64,000 nt of DNA from an uncultured delta proteobacterium. Lineage in GTDB: Bacteria > Desulfobacterota > Binatia > UBA9968. A program made the position numbers and the translations under genes. Positions 1 to 8,465 of the stretch are shown one piece after another; position 1 is the first letter of the stretch; each line of letters begins with the position of its first letter. The stretch is taken from assembly GCA_963755715.1 (NCBI GenBank), contig CAVWLW010000074.1:32001-96000 (forward strand). The letters run 5' to 3'. The notes under the pieces were generated by a model. The model saw nothing but the letters and a program-made list of their open reading frames with translations, made no database searches and was not told the DNA's origin.

Positions 1-10
1 AAATATATTT

Positions 11-1186
11 TTACTCCGGTTTCTTCGTCCCCATAACAACGACCGTGCCGACTTGCATCAGATCGCCCCAAGCTTGAGCGACGCCGCGCTCGGGCTTGCC
101 GGGCACTTGGCGTTTTGCCGCCTCACCGCGGAGCTGCCAATAGAGCTCACAGATTTTCATCATGCCCGCGGCCGCGATCGGATTGCCGACGCCGAGCAGC
201 CCTCCCGAGGGCGTCACGGGCAAATCGCCGTTGCGTTCGAACACGCCGTCGGCGAGCAGTTTCGGCGCCTGTCCTTTGGGCGCGAGCTGCAAACCTTCGA
301 GGTGATGGAGCTCTTTGTAAGCAAAGGGATCGTAGGGCTCGGCGATATTGATTTCCTTGCGCGGCTCTTTGACGCCGGCCATCCGGTAAGCCATCCAGGC
401 AGCTTTCTCCACGTATTCGGGATAGGCCAGATCGCGATTGGTCCAGTAGGCGCTATCCAAACACCAACCGACGCCTTGAATCCAAATCGGCTTATCGGTG
501 ACGCGGCGAGCCACTTCTTCCGCAGCGATGACAATGGCCGCGGCGCCGTCGCTGGTCGGGCTCACCATCAGTCGATGGACCGGCCAAGCCATGATCTCCG
601 AAGCTAAAACGTCTTTCACCGTGAGCTTTGCGCCGAGCTGAGCAGCCGGATGATTCAGGGCGTTCCTTTTGTTTTTCACCGAGACCCGGGCGATCTCTTC
701 GACGGTGATGCCGTAGGTTTCCATGTAGCGGTTCTGTTCCAGAGCAAAGATCCAGAGCAGATTCGGTTTTAGCGGTTGTTCGGTGATGGGATCGAAAATC
801 GTCAGAAACGCCGCCTGGGGATGGGGCTGGCAAGTCGACATCTTTTCTTCGCAGACCACCAGCGCGGTGTCGAACATTCCCGAGGCGACTTGGAACCAGG
901 CTTGAGCGACGGCGTACACGCCGGTGCCGCCGCCGACGTAGCAGCGCAGAAAGGGTTTGCGCCATGCGCCACAGCCGTCGGCGAGATACTCGCTTTTCAT
1001 GTGCACGCCGTCGAAAGCATCGGGCGCGCTGCCGAGAACCACGCAGTCAATCTGCTTAAGCTTTAGCTCGCTTGCAGCCAGCGCGGAGCGGGCCGCCAGC
1101 CAGGCAAGCTCTTTCGGCGTTTCGAGCGCGCGGTGCATGAATTTTGTCATACCCGCGCCGATGACGGCGACTTTGCGCTTAGCCAC
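11..1186 (-). CDS. Thiolase-fold protein, non-canonical (SCP2/Ltp2-like, archaeal-type paired thiolase, subunit 2)
   Basis: 391 aa; N-term KVAVIGAGMT, EEKMS, SPTSDGAAA, GGLLGVGNP. Canonical Cys (CASG) reads GGGTG, HDCF reads YDPF, GHP reads GNP. 8-nt overlap with the upstream thiolase. Confidence 0.85.
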   Translation of the reverse strand: MAKRKVAVIGAGMTKFMHRALETPKELAWLAARSALAASELKLKQIDCVVLGSAPDAFDGVHMKSEYLADGCGAWRKPFLRCYVGGGTGVYAVAQAWFQVASGMFDTALVVCEEKMSTCQPHPQAAFLTIFDPITEQPLKPNLLWIFALEQNRYMETYGITVEEIARVSVKNKRNALNHPAAQLGAKLTVKDVLASEIMAWPVHRLMVSPTSDGAAAIVIAAEEVARRVTDKPIWIQGVGWCLDSAYWTNRDLAYPEYVEKAAWMAYRMAGVKEPRKEINIAEPYDPFAYKELHHLEGLQLAPKGQAPKLLADGVFERNGDLPVTPSGGLLGVGNPIAAAGMMKICELYWQLRGEAAKRQVPGKPERGVAQAWGDLMQVGTVVVMGTKKPE

Positions 1187-2342
1187 GGGGAGGCTCCACG
1201 CCGAGGATGACCACCGCGCCGCTGGTGGTCGGAACGCCGCGCCATGACTGCGCCAGGCCGATTTTCGCGCGCGACAACTGGCGCTCGCCGGCCTTGCCGC
1301 GCAGCTGAAGCACTAATTCGACCACGCGATAAAGCCCGCTCGCTTCCAGCGCCAGACCCATCCCCAACGCGCCGCCGGAGACGTTCGCCGGCATTTTTCC
1401 ATCCTGGCGGGTTTCACCCGCCTCGATGGCGCGGCCGGCTTGGGCCGGTTTGTCGTATAGACCGAGCGCGATCAGATGTTGCAGCTCCTTATAGGCATAG
1501 GTGTCGTCGACTTCAAAAAAATCGACCTCATGGGGGGACTTAATACCCGCTTGACGGTAAGCCGCTCGAGCTGAGAGTCGGGCGTACTCGGCATTGCTCC
1601 AATCGCGCGATTCCAAAGTCGGACTGTCGGTCGCAAAGCCGCTGCCCAAAATCCACAAGGGTTGGCTGGGCGCTTTGCGCGCTTTCGCTTCGTTTGCGAC
1701 GACGACCACGACGCAGCCGTCCGCGCTCTTGGCCAGCTCGGCTTCACGCAGCGGATAGGCGAGATAAGGCGATGATTCGACTTGCGCCAGATCGGTATCG
1801 AGCGGGTACGCGGACAACGGATTACAACGCGCGTTGCGCTGGTTTTTGACGACGACTTGAGCGCACTGGGAGCCGGTGATGCCGCTTCGACTCAAAAAGC
1901 GGTTCATTTCCAGCCCGGCTATGGCGTGGGGTGTAAGGCCCAGCGGCCGGTTGTAGACCGGATCCAAAGCATAGTCGAGAATCCAGTCCGGCGTTTGGAC
2001 GTTGGAAGCTTTGCTGTGGGCCTCGACGGCGACGATCTCGGCAATTCCGGAGCGAATCTGCATCAGCGCATCTGCGATACCGTGAAGCCCGTCCTGAGTG
2101 AGGGTGTGCATCGGCTTTTGCACCGCGCCGAGCTGATCGGGGGTGTATTCATCGAAAATCGATATACCTTCATTGAGATCTTCCGCGCAGGTGACGAAGG
2201 AATCGATCTCGTCGAAGCGAACGGAGGCATCGGCGTAGGCCTTTTGCGCCGTCTCAAACACGAGCTCCTTGAACGAGCACGCGGGGGTCGCCGGTTCAAG
2301 CGGGCTGAAGCCAATGCCGATGATTGCAATGCGCTCTGCCAT
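1179..2342 (-). CDS. Thiolase-fold protein, non-canonical (archaeal-type paired thiolase, subunit 1)
   Basis: 387 aa; RIAIIGIG start, VVKNQRNA, KSADGCVVVV, EVDDTYAYKE, NVSGGALG. No Cys at the nucleophile position (TQDGLHG) and no GHP His. Confidence 0.85.
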   Translation of the reverse strand: MAERIAIIGIGFSPLEPATPACSFKELVFETAQKAYADASVRFDEIDSFVTCAEDLNEGISIFDEYTPDQLGAVQKPMHTLTQDGLHGIADALMQIRSGIAEIVAVEAHSKASNVQTPDWILDYALDPVYNRPLGLTPHAIAGLEMNRFLSRSGITGSQCAQVVVKNQRNARCNPLSAYPLDTDLAQVESSPYLAYPLREAELAKSADGCVVVVVANEAKARKAPSQPLWILGSGFATDSPTLESRDWSNAEYARLSARAAYRQAGIKSPHEVDFFEVDDTYAYKELQHLIALGLYDKPAQAGRAIEAGETRQDGKMPANVSGGALGMGLALEASGLYRVVELVLQLRGKAGERQLSRAKIGLAQSWRGVPTTSGAVVILGVEPPRG

Positions 2343-2441
2343 GGGGTCCGCACCGCCTAGATTACAGCATGGAGCCTCCGATTATTTCGGAATCGCGACA
2401 CGCCGCCATATTGGTTCTCCTCGCAGCACGATAGGCTCGGG

Positions 2442-3980
2442 TCAAGCTGCGTGGGGCGCCGTCAATGTTCTTCGTTCTCGCTCGCGCTCCCGGAGCTCGC
2501 GCTTGAGTATCTTCCCCGCGGGATTGCGCGGCAGGCTGTCGATGAACTCGACGAATCGCGGCGCTTTATAATCGGCGATGCGCGCCCTGGCATAATCGAT
2601 GATCTCCGGTTCGTGAGCGGCGGCGCTCTGTTTCAAGACGACGAAAGCTTTCACCGCTTCGCCCGAGTCTGGATCTTCGATGCCGACAACTGCCGCTTCG
2701 CTCACGCTCGGGTGCTGGAGCAAAACTTCCTCGACCTCGCGCGGCCACACCTTGAAGCCCGAGACATTGATCATGTCCTTGGCACGGTCCACCAGATAGA
2801 AATAGCCGTCGGCGTCGGCCCTGCCGATGTCCCCGGTCAAAAACCAGCCGTCGCGGATGACTTGGGCGGTTTCTTTGGGCCGGCGGAAATAGCCCAGCAT
2901 CACGTTGGGACCCTTGATTGCGATCTCTCCGGTCTCGCCCGCCGGCAGCGCGCGTCCTTCGGGGTCGACGATTTTCATCTCGACTTTTTCTAGGGGCGTG
3001 CCGACGCTCCCTTCGCGGTACAGGGAATCGTGGTTGTAGCTGGCGAAAGGCGAAGTCTCGGTCAGGCCGTAGCCTTCGTAGATGATCTGCCCGATTCTTC
3101 GTTGCCATTGGCGCGCCACGACCACCGGCATGGGCGCGGCGGCGGTGAAGCAGTAGCGGACCGTGCGGAAATATTCCTCGATATTGGGCTCGGCGAGCAG
3201 ATGCTGATAAACCGGCGGGACGCCGAAAAACATGCTGACGCGATGGCTTTTGACGGACTCAAGAATTTCTTCGGCTTGGAAACGCTCGTGGAGCACGAGC
3301 GTTGCGCCGGCATCGAGGGCGGCGTTCATGATAAAATTTTGACCGAAGCAGTGAAAAAGCGGCAGATAGCAAATCAGTCGATCGTCCGATGCCATTTGCG
3401 TGTGATGCCGGGTGGCCTGGATATTGGAGATGATATTGCCGTGGGAGAGCAACGCGCCCTTCGGTTTTCCCGTGGTTCCCGACGTGTAAAGAATTGCTGC
3501 GCCGTCATTGTTCGCTAAATCTGCGGCCGAGGTTTCGCCCGATGCCAGCGCGAGAAAGTCCTCGAGCGGAAATACATCGGCGCGCTGCGGCTTGTCGACG
3601 CACAGGATCTTCTTGAGCGAGGGAACTTCCCTGGCGTCGGGAACTTGCTCGATGAGCTTGTTTGCGGTGATCAGGACCGATGATTCGGAATCGTTGAGAA
3701 TAAACTTAACTTCGTCGTGCTTGAGCATGACGTTCAATGAAACCGCGATGGCGCCCAGGCGCACGACGGCGTAATAGGCCGTGATGAATTCCGGCCAGTT
3801 TGGTAAAAAGAGCGCGACTCGATCGCCGCGCTTGAGGTGGGCCACTTGTTCGAGCGCTGAGCTCAGGCGGCAAGCTCGCTGGTAAAGCTCACCGTAGGCG
3901 ATGCTCTCGCCTGCAAACAAAATCGCCTGCTTCTTGGGAAAAAGACCGTTGCCGTATTCCAACACATCGAAGATGTTCAT
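2442..3980 (-). CDS. AMP-dependent acyl/aryl-CoA ligase (long-chain fatty acid or cinnamate/4-coumarate CoA ligase-like)
   Basis: YTSGTTGKPKG P-loop, GYGLTETSP, TGDIG, DRAKDMINVSG, LPRNPAGKIL. ATGA overlap with the upstream lyase stop. Confidence 0.9.
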   Translation of the reverse strand: MNIFDVLEYGNGLFPKKQAILFAGESIAYGELYQRACRLSSALEQVAHLKRGDRVALFLPNWPEFITAYYAVVRLGAIAVSLNVMLKHDEVKFILNDSESSVLITANKLIEQVPDAREVPSLKKILCVDKPQRADVFPLEDFLALASGETSAADLANNDGAAILYTSGTTGKPKGALLSHGNIISNIQATRHHTQMASDDRLICYLPLFHCFGQNFIMNAALDAGATLVLHERFQAEEILESVKSHRVSMFFGVPPVYQHLLAEPNIEEYFRTVRYCFTAAAPMPVVVARQWQRRIGQIIYEGYGLTETSPFASYNHDSLYREGSVGTPLEKVEMKIVDPEGRALPAGETGEIAIKGPNVMLGYFRRPKETAQVIRDGWFLTGDIGRADADGYFYLVDRAKDMINVSGFKVWPREVEEVLLQHPSVSEAAVVGIEDPDSGEAVKAFVVLKQSAAAHEPEIIDYARARIADYKAPRFVEFIDSLPRNPAGKILKRELRERERERRTLTAPHAA

Positions 3981-5578
3981 GGTCCGGCCCTCCAGTCGGG
4001 AAGAGGAATGAGCCTTTTTTGGATCAGCTCGCCGACTTTGGCGATGTCTCGATCCAACGGCCTATCCTCGTCTAAAAACGTCACTTCGCTTCTCACCGTG
4101 GCATAAATGGCCTGATTGCCTTTGCCGAGATAGTTGGCCGCGCGCCGCAAGTCGATGGCCTGGCAGAGCGCGATGAGCACCATCGCCACGGCCTCTCGCG
4201 CCAGGGCGGTCATGTCCATGGCGGTCAACGCCGAGTGCGTGCCCAAGCTCACCATATCTTGGTTGTACTGCTCGGTGGGCAGGGTATGGATCATGCTCGG
4301 CTGAGCGAGCTGGCGAAGGGCGCAGACCAGACTCGTCAGGCACAGCTGCACGCCTTTGAAGCCGGTGGAAACTCCGGGATTGGGCGACAGATTGGACGGC
4401 AGCCCGTTGCTGAAGCGCTCGTCGACGAGCATCGCCATGATGGCATGAAGCCAGTTGGCCAAGGTGGCGAGATCGATTTTCCAGCCATCGAGCGCGCGCG
4501 CCACGTGACCGCCGTAGAAATTACCCGTGTGGTAGATCTCGCCCCGAACGGGATCGACCAACGGGTTGTCATTGACGGAGTTGGCCTCGCGCTCGAGGGT
4601 CCTTCGATATTCCTCCAGAGCGTCGAGAAGCGGGCCGAGACCTTGCGGCGCGCAGCGCAGCGAGTAGGGCGACTGAATGCATTCCTCGGCGCGGACCACG
4701 CCTTGACGCTTCGCCTCTCTGGTATCGCTCAGCTGAGCGCGGAGGAGGTCGAGGTTGCGAACATTGCCGCTGGTGCTGAGAAGCTCGCGGCAAAAAGCTG
4801 CCGCGGTGATCTGGCCCGGATGGTTTTTTGCCCGGTGAATGGCGTCTTTGAACGGGTCGTCAGTGGCGCCAAGCGCTTCCAATGCCAAGCTTACACACGC
4901 CAAGACTGAAGCGGTAAGATAAGCGCCGTCGTCAATCACCAGCGAGCCAATCCCATTCATCACGGTGGTGCCGTTGACCAGGGCGAGCGCCTCCTTGGCT
5001 TCGAGCCGAAGCGGTTCCATGCGGGCGTCGGCCAGAGTTCGATCTGCGGGCCGGACCGTTCCTTGATAATAAACCTCTCCTTGACCCAAGAGCGCTCGGG
5101 CGATGTAGGCCGACGGAATCAGATCGCCGCTCGCTCCCACCGAGCCGTAGCGCGGCACCACAGGCGTGATGCGCTTATTGAGGAGGTCGAGAAGTTTTTC
5201 GATGATCACCAGGCGCACACCGGAGAATCCTTTGGCCAGCGCGTTGGCTCTGAGCAACATCGCCGCGCGTACGGTGTCTTCCGGCAAAGCCGTGCCCACC
5301 CCGCAGGCGAGGAACTGGAACATATTTTCTTGATGCTTGGAGATTTCCGAAGACGGGATGAGATAGCGCGCGTTGCCGCCGAAGCCGGTATTGACGCCGT
5401 AAATGATCTCTCCGGCCGCTAGTTTTTTCTCTAACAGCCGCCGCGACGCAGAAATTTTTTCCCGTACGTTGAGATGGGATACGAGTTCAACACGCTTACT
5501 GAGACGGGCGACCGAAGCGACCTTCGCGATCGTCAGGCCATCTCCGGAGATTTCCACGAGAGAGGGATTCATTTCCAT
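3977..5578 (-). CDS. MIO-dependent aromatic amino acid ammonia-lyase, phenylalanine ammonia-lyase (PAL)-type
   Basis: GSVGASGDL (MIO-forming ASG), YGVNTGFGG, VNGT, YSLRCAPQ, NDNP, EQYNQD. Specificity segment QENMFQFLACGVG has FL (PAL) rather than SH (HAL) or HL (TAL). Start set at ATG 5578 because a -10 box lies at 5602-5610. Confidence 0.85.
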   Translation of the reverse strand: MEMNPSLVEISGDGLTIAKVASVARLSKRVELVSHLNVREKISASRRLLEKKLAAGEIIYGVNTGFGGNARYLIPSSEISKHQENMFQFLACGVGTALPEDTVRAAMLLRANALAKGFSGVRLVIIEKLLDLLNKRITPVVPRYGSVGASGDLIPSAYIARALLGQGEVYYQGTVRPADRTLADARMEPLRLEAKEALALVNGTTVMNGIGSLVIDDGAYLTASVLACVSLALEALGATDDPFKDAIHRAKNHPGQITAAAFCRELLSTSGNVRNLDLLRAQLSDTREAKRQGVVRAEECIQSPYSLRCAPQGLGPLLDALEEYRRTLEREANSVNDNPLVDPVRGEIYHTGNFYGGHVARALDGWKIDLATLANWLHAIMAMLVDERFSNGLPSNLSPNPGVSTGFKGVQLCLTSLVCALRQLAQPSMIHTLPTEQYNQDMVSLGTHSALTAMDMTALAREAVAMVLIALCQAIDLRRAANYLGKGNQAIYATVRSEVTFLDEDRPLDRDIAKVGELIQKRLIPLPDWRAGP

Positions 5579-5601
5579 GAGACCCCCCAGCTGCAAGTCT
5601 A

Positions 5602-5610
5602 ATTATAGCA
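5602..5610 (-). promoter_or_regulatory. Extended -10 promoter (TGCTATAAT) for the PAL-ligase unit
   Basis: Minus strand reads TGCTATAAT, a perfect TGnTATAAT, about 24 nt upstream of ATG 5578. Confidence 0.65.
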
Positions 5611-5688
5611 TCCACCAGGGGGCATGAAACAAGGACCATTGCCACGAGCTGGAAAGAACGGAGAGAAGGGTGGGAAAGGCGCCGAAGA

Positions 5689-7104
5689 TTATAAGGGGCG
5701 CCGCGCAAGCGCGTGAGTCGCCGTGCCGTAAAACGATTCCGCGGCTTCCATCAGGGTCTCCGATAGCGTCGGATGGGGATGCACCGAATCGGCGATGTCA
5801 CGCGCAGTGGCGCCCATTTCCACGGCGAGTACGCCTTCGCTGATCAGTTCGCCGGCGCCGACGCCGACGATGCCGACGCCGAGGATGCGCTCGCTCTCCG
5901 GTTCGATAATGAGTTTGGTCAAGCCGTCGGGCCGATCCAAAGTGAGCGCGCGGCCGGAAGCGCCCCAGAGAAATTTGGCGATCTTAACCTCGATGTTTTT
6001 TTGCTTGGCTTCGGTTTCGGTGAGACCGCACCAGGCGACTTCCGGATCGGTAAAAACCACTGCGGGGATCACTACGTTTTCGAATGCGCTCGCTTCACCG
6101 AGCATCGCTTCCACGGCGATCTTTGCCTCTTTGAATGCGCGGTGGGCGAGGAGGGTGCCGCCGTTGACGTCACCGACCGCGTAAATGTTCGGGTCTTCGG
6201 TTTGCTGCTGGGCGTTGCATTGAATGAAACCTTTGTCATCTTTGGTGACTTTGGTGTTTTCCAGTCCAAGATCGGCCAGATTGGGCACGCGCCCGACGCT
6301 CACGAGGACGCGGTCGTAAAGTTCCTCGCGCTGCTCTTTGTTGATCTCCGTGATGACTTTGATCTGCTTGCCGGCGGTGGCCATCTTGAGCACTTTGGTG
6401 TTCAGGCGGATCTCCTTGAAGGCCTTTTGCGCTACGCGACTGACCGGACGCACCAAATCGGGATCGACACCGGTAAGAATCGAAGGCAATGCTTCGAGGA
6501 CGACGACGCGACTGCCGAGAGCGGCATAGACGGTGCCGAGCTCCATGCCGATGTAACCGCCGCCGACCACCAATAGGTCTTGCGGGACATCGGGCAGCTC
6601 GAGCGCCTCCGTGGAGGTCATGATGCGTTTGTTGCCGAGGTCGAAGGCGTTGGGCATGGCCGGCTTGGAGCCCACCGCGATGATGGCTTTTTCGTAACGG
6701 ATAAATTTCTGGCCTGCGTCGGTCTCGACCCGCAGAGTTTGCGAATCTTCGAAGTGGCCGCGGCCGTGCACGACTTCGACGTTGCGATGCTGCGCCAGAG
6801 TTTTAATTCCCTGGCCGAGTTTTTCGACGATCGATTCTTTCCACGCGCGCAGCTTGTCCAGATTAAGATTGAGCGCGCCAAATTCGATGCCGCGTTTGGA
6901 CGACTCCTTCGACTCGCGCATGACCGCAGTAGCATGCAGCAATGCCTTGGACGGAATGCAGCCGACGTTCATACACACGCCGCCGAGCCGGGGATTTTGT
7001 TCGACGAGAGTTACTTTTTTACCCTTGTCAGCGGCGTAAAACGCGGCGGTGTAACCGCCGGGGCCGGCGCCGAGAACGAGGATTTCAGTGCTGGTCGGTT
7101 CCAT
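5689..7104 (-). CDS. lpdA: Dihydrolipoamide dehydrogenase (E3)
   Basis: GAGPGGY, GGVCMNVGCIPSK redox disulfide, GGGYIGME, HPHPTLSE. Confidence 0.97.
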   Translation of the reverse strand: MEPTSTEILVLGAGPGGYTAAFYAADKGKKVTLVEQNPRLGGVCMNVGCIPSKALLHATAVMRESKESSKRGIEFGALNLNLDKLRAWKESIVEKLGQGIKTLAQHRNVEVVHGRGHFEDSQTLRVETDAGQKFIRYEKAIIAVGSKPAMPNAFDLGNKRIMTSTEALELPDVPQDLLVVGGGYIGMELGTVYAALGSRVVVLEALPSILTGVDPDLVRPVSRVAQKAFKEIRLNTKVLKMATAGKQIKVITEINKEQREELYDRVLVSVGRVPNLADLGLENTKVTKDDKGFIQCNAQQQTEDPNIYAVGDVNGGTLLAHRAFKEAKIAVEAMLGEASAFENVVIPAVVFTDPEVAWCGLTETEAKQKNIEVKIAKFLWGASGRALTLDRPDGLTKLIIEPESERILGVGIVGVGAGELISEGVLAVEMGATARDIADSVHPHPTLSETLMEAAESFYGTATHALARRPL

Positions 7105-7115
7105 AGATTAAGGTT

Positions 7116-8432
7116 TTACTTGAGCTTCAAGTCGGCTTCATCGAATGCTTCGAGTCCAGCGATAACGTCCTTTAAAAAGCGCACGGCGTCGGCGCCGTCG
7201 AGAACGCGGTGATCGTAGGCGAGGCAGAGCGGCACGATCGTTCTGATGGCGATCTTTCCATCGATCGCGACCGGTTTGGCCTGCCCTTGCCCGACGCCCA
7301 AGATCGCGACCTGGGGCGCGTAGATGATCGGCGTAAAGTGGCTGCCGCCGATGCTGCCCTGGTTCGAAATCGTAAACGTGCCGCCTTGCAGCTCCTCGAG
7401 GGAAATCTTGCGTTGGCGGGTCTTCTCCGTGAGCGCGTGCAGCTCCTGCGAAAGCTCAAAAAGATTTTTCCGATCGACGTCGCGCAACGTCGGCACGATC
7501 AGCCCGCCTTCGGTATCCACCGCGACGCCGATGTGGCAGTAGTCTTTGTAAACGATCTCGTGGGCTGCTTCATCCATGCTGGCGTTTGTGCGCGGATGCT
7601 TTTTCAAAGCGCGGCCAAGCACCAGCAGCAAAAACGACGTGAACGTGAGATGGGCGCCCTTTTGCTCATATGCGGCTGCATGCTTTTTGCGCAGCGCCAG
7701 CAGCGCGGTAATGTCGGCGTCGGCGAATTGATTTATTTTCGGGATCGTTGTCCACGATTCCACCATCCGGCGGCTGACCGTGCGCCGGAGCGGCGACATT
7801 TTTTCCCGGCGTATCGGCCCCCATTTGGCAAAATCGATGGCTTCGCTCGGTGCCGGAGTCGGACCGCTGGCGGAAGCGGCGGGCTGCGCGCTTGACGGGG
7901 CGCTGTGAAATGCGATCTGCTGCAAGCGCTGAACATAAGCGCGCAGATCGCCGAGATTGATTCTGCCGCCGGCCTCGCTGCCTTTGATTCTCGTTAGATC
8001 GATGCCGAGATCGCGCGCGATCTTGCGCACCGACGGCGGCGCGGGTGGCGGCGCGCCGCTTTTCGACTCGTAATGGTAGTTTTCCACGGCCGCGGCAGTG
8101 GTTGCCGGCTGCGTTTGCGGCGGCGTGGTCGGCCTCGTCGGTGGCGCTTCAGTAGTGGCCGGCGCCTGCGGCGGCTTCGCGCTCGCAGCGCTTGCGGTGC
8201 CGCTCGATTCAATGGCGATCAAGGCTTGGCCGACCGCGACTTCCATGCCTTGCTTCACGTAAATTTTCGTCACAATGCCCGAGCTTGGCGCAGGGATCGA
8301 ACCCACCGCTTTTTGGGTTTCGAGCTCCATGATGGCCTGATCTTTTTTGACTTCCTGGCCTTCGGCGACCAGGATGCTTACGACCGTGCCGGACTCTACA
8401 CCTTCAGCGAGCTGGGGAAGTTTCACGTCCAT
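7116..8432 (-). CDS. aceF: Dihydrolipoamide acetyltransferase (E2) with a single lipoyl domain
   Basis: Lipoyl domain ELETQKA, E3-binding PSVRKIARDLGIDL, catalytic DHRVLDG. Confidence 0.93.
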   Translation of the reverse strand: MDVKLPQLAEGVESGTVVSILVAEGQEVKKDQAIMELETQKAVGSIPAPSSGIVTKIYVKQGMEVAVGQALIAIESSGTASAASAKPPQAPATTEAPPTRPTTPPQTQPATTAAAVENYHYESKSGAPPPAPPSVRKIARDLGIDLTRIKGSEAGGRINLGDLRAYVQRLQQIAFHSAPSSAQPAASASGPTPAPSEAIDFAKWGPIRREKMSPLRRTVSRRMVESWTTIPKINQFADADITALLALRKKHAAAYEQKGAHLTFTSFLLLVLGRALKKHPRTNASMDEAAHEIVYKDYCHIGVAVDTEGGLIVPTLRDVDRKNLFELSQELHALTEKTRQRKISLEELQGGTFTISNQGSIGGSHFTPIIYAPQVAILGVGQGQAKPVAIDGKIAIRTIVPLCLAYDHRVLDGADAVRFLKDVIAGLEAFDEADLKLK

Positions 8433-8465
8433 GAAAAATTTTTGCGAATGCGTTTTTGAGAGTGA

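Noticed and set aside
3977-5596. Histidine ammonia-lyase (hutH) or a PYP chromophore operon
   Set aside because: Lacks the HAL SH and NQED signatures and hut neighbours; lacks the TAL His; no pyp gene in the window.
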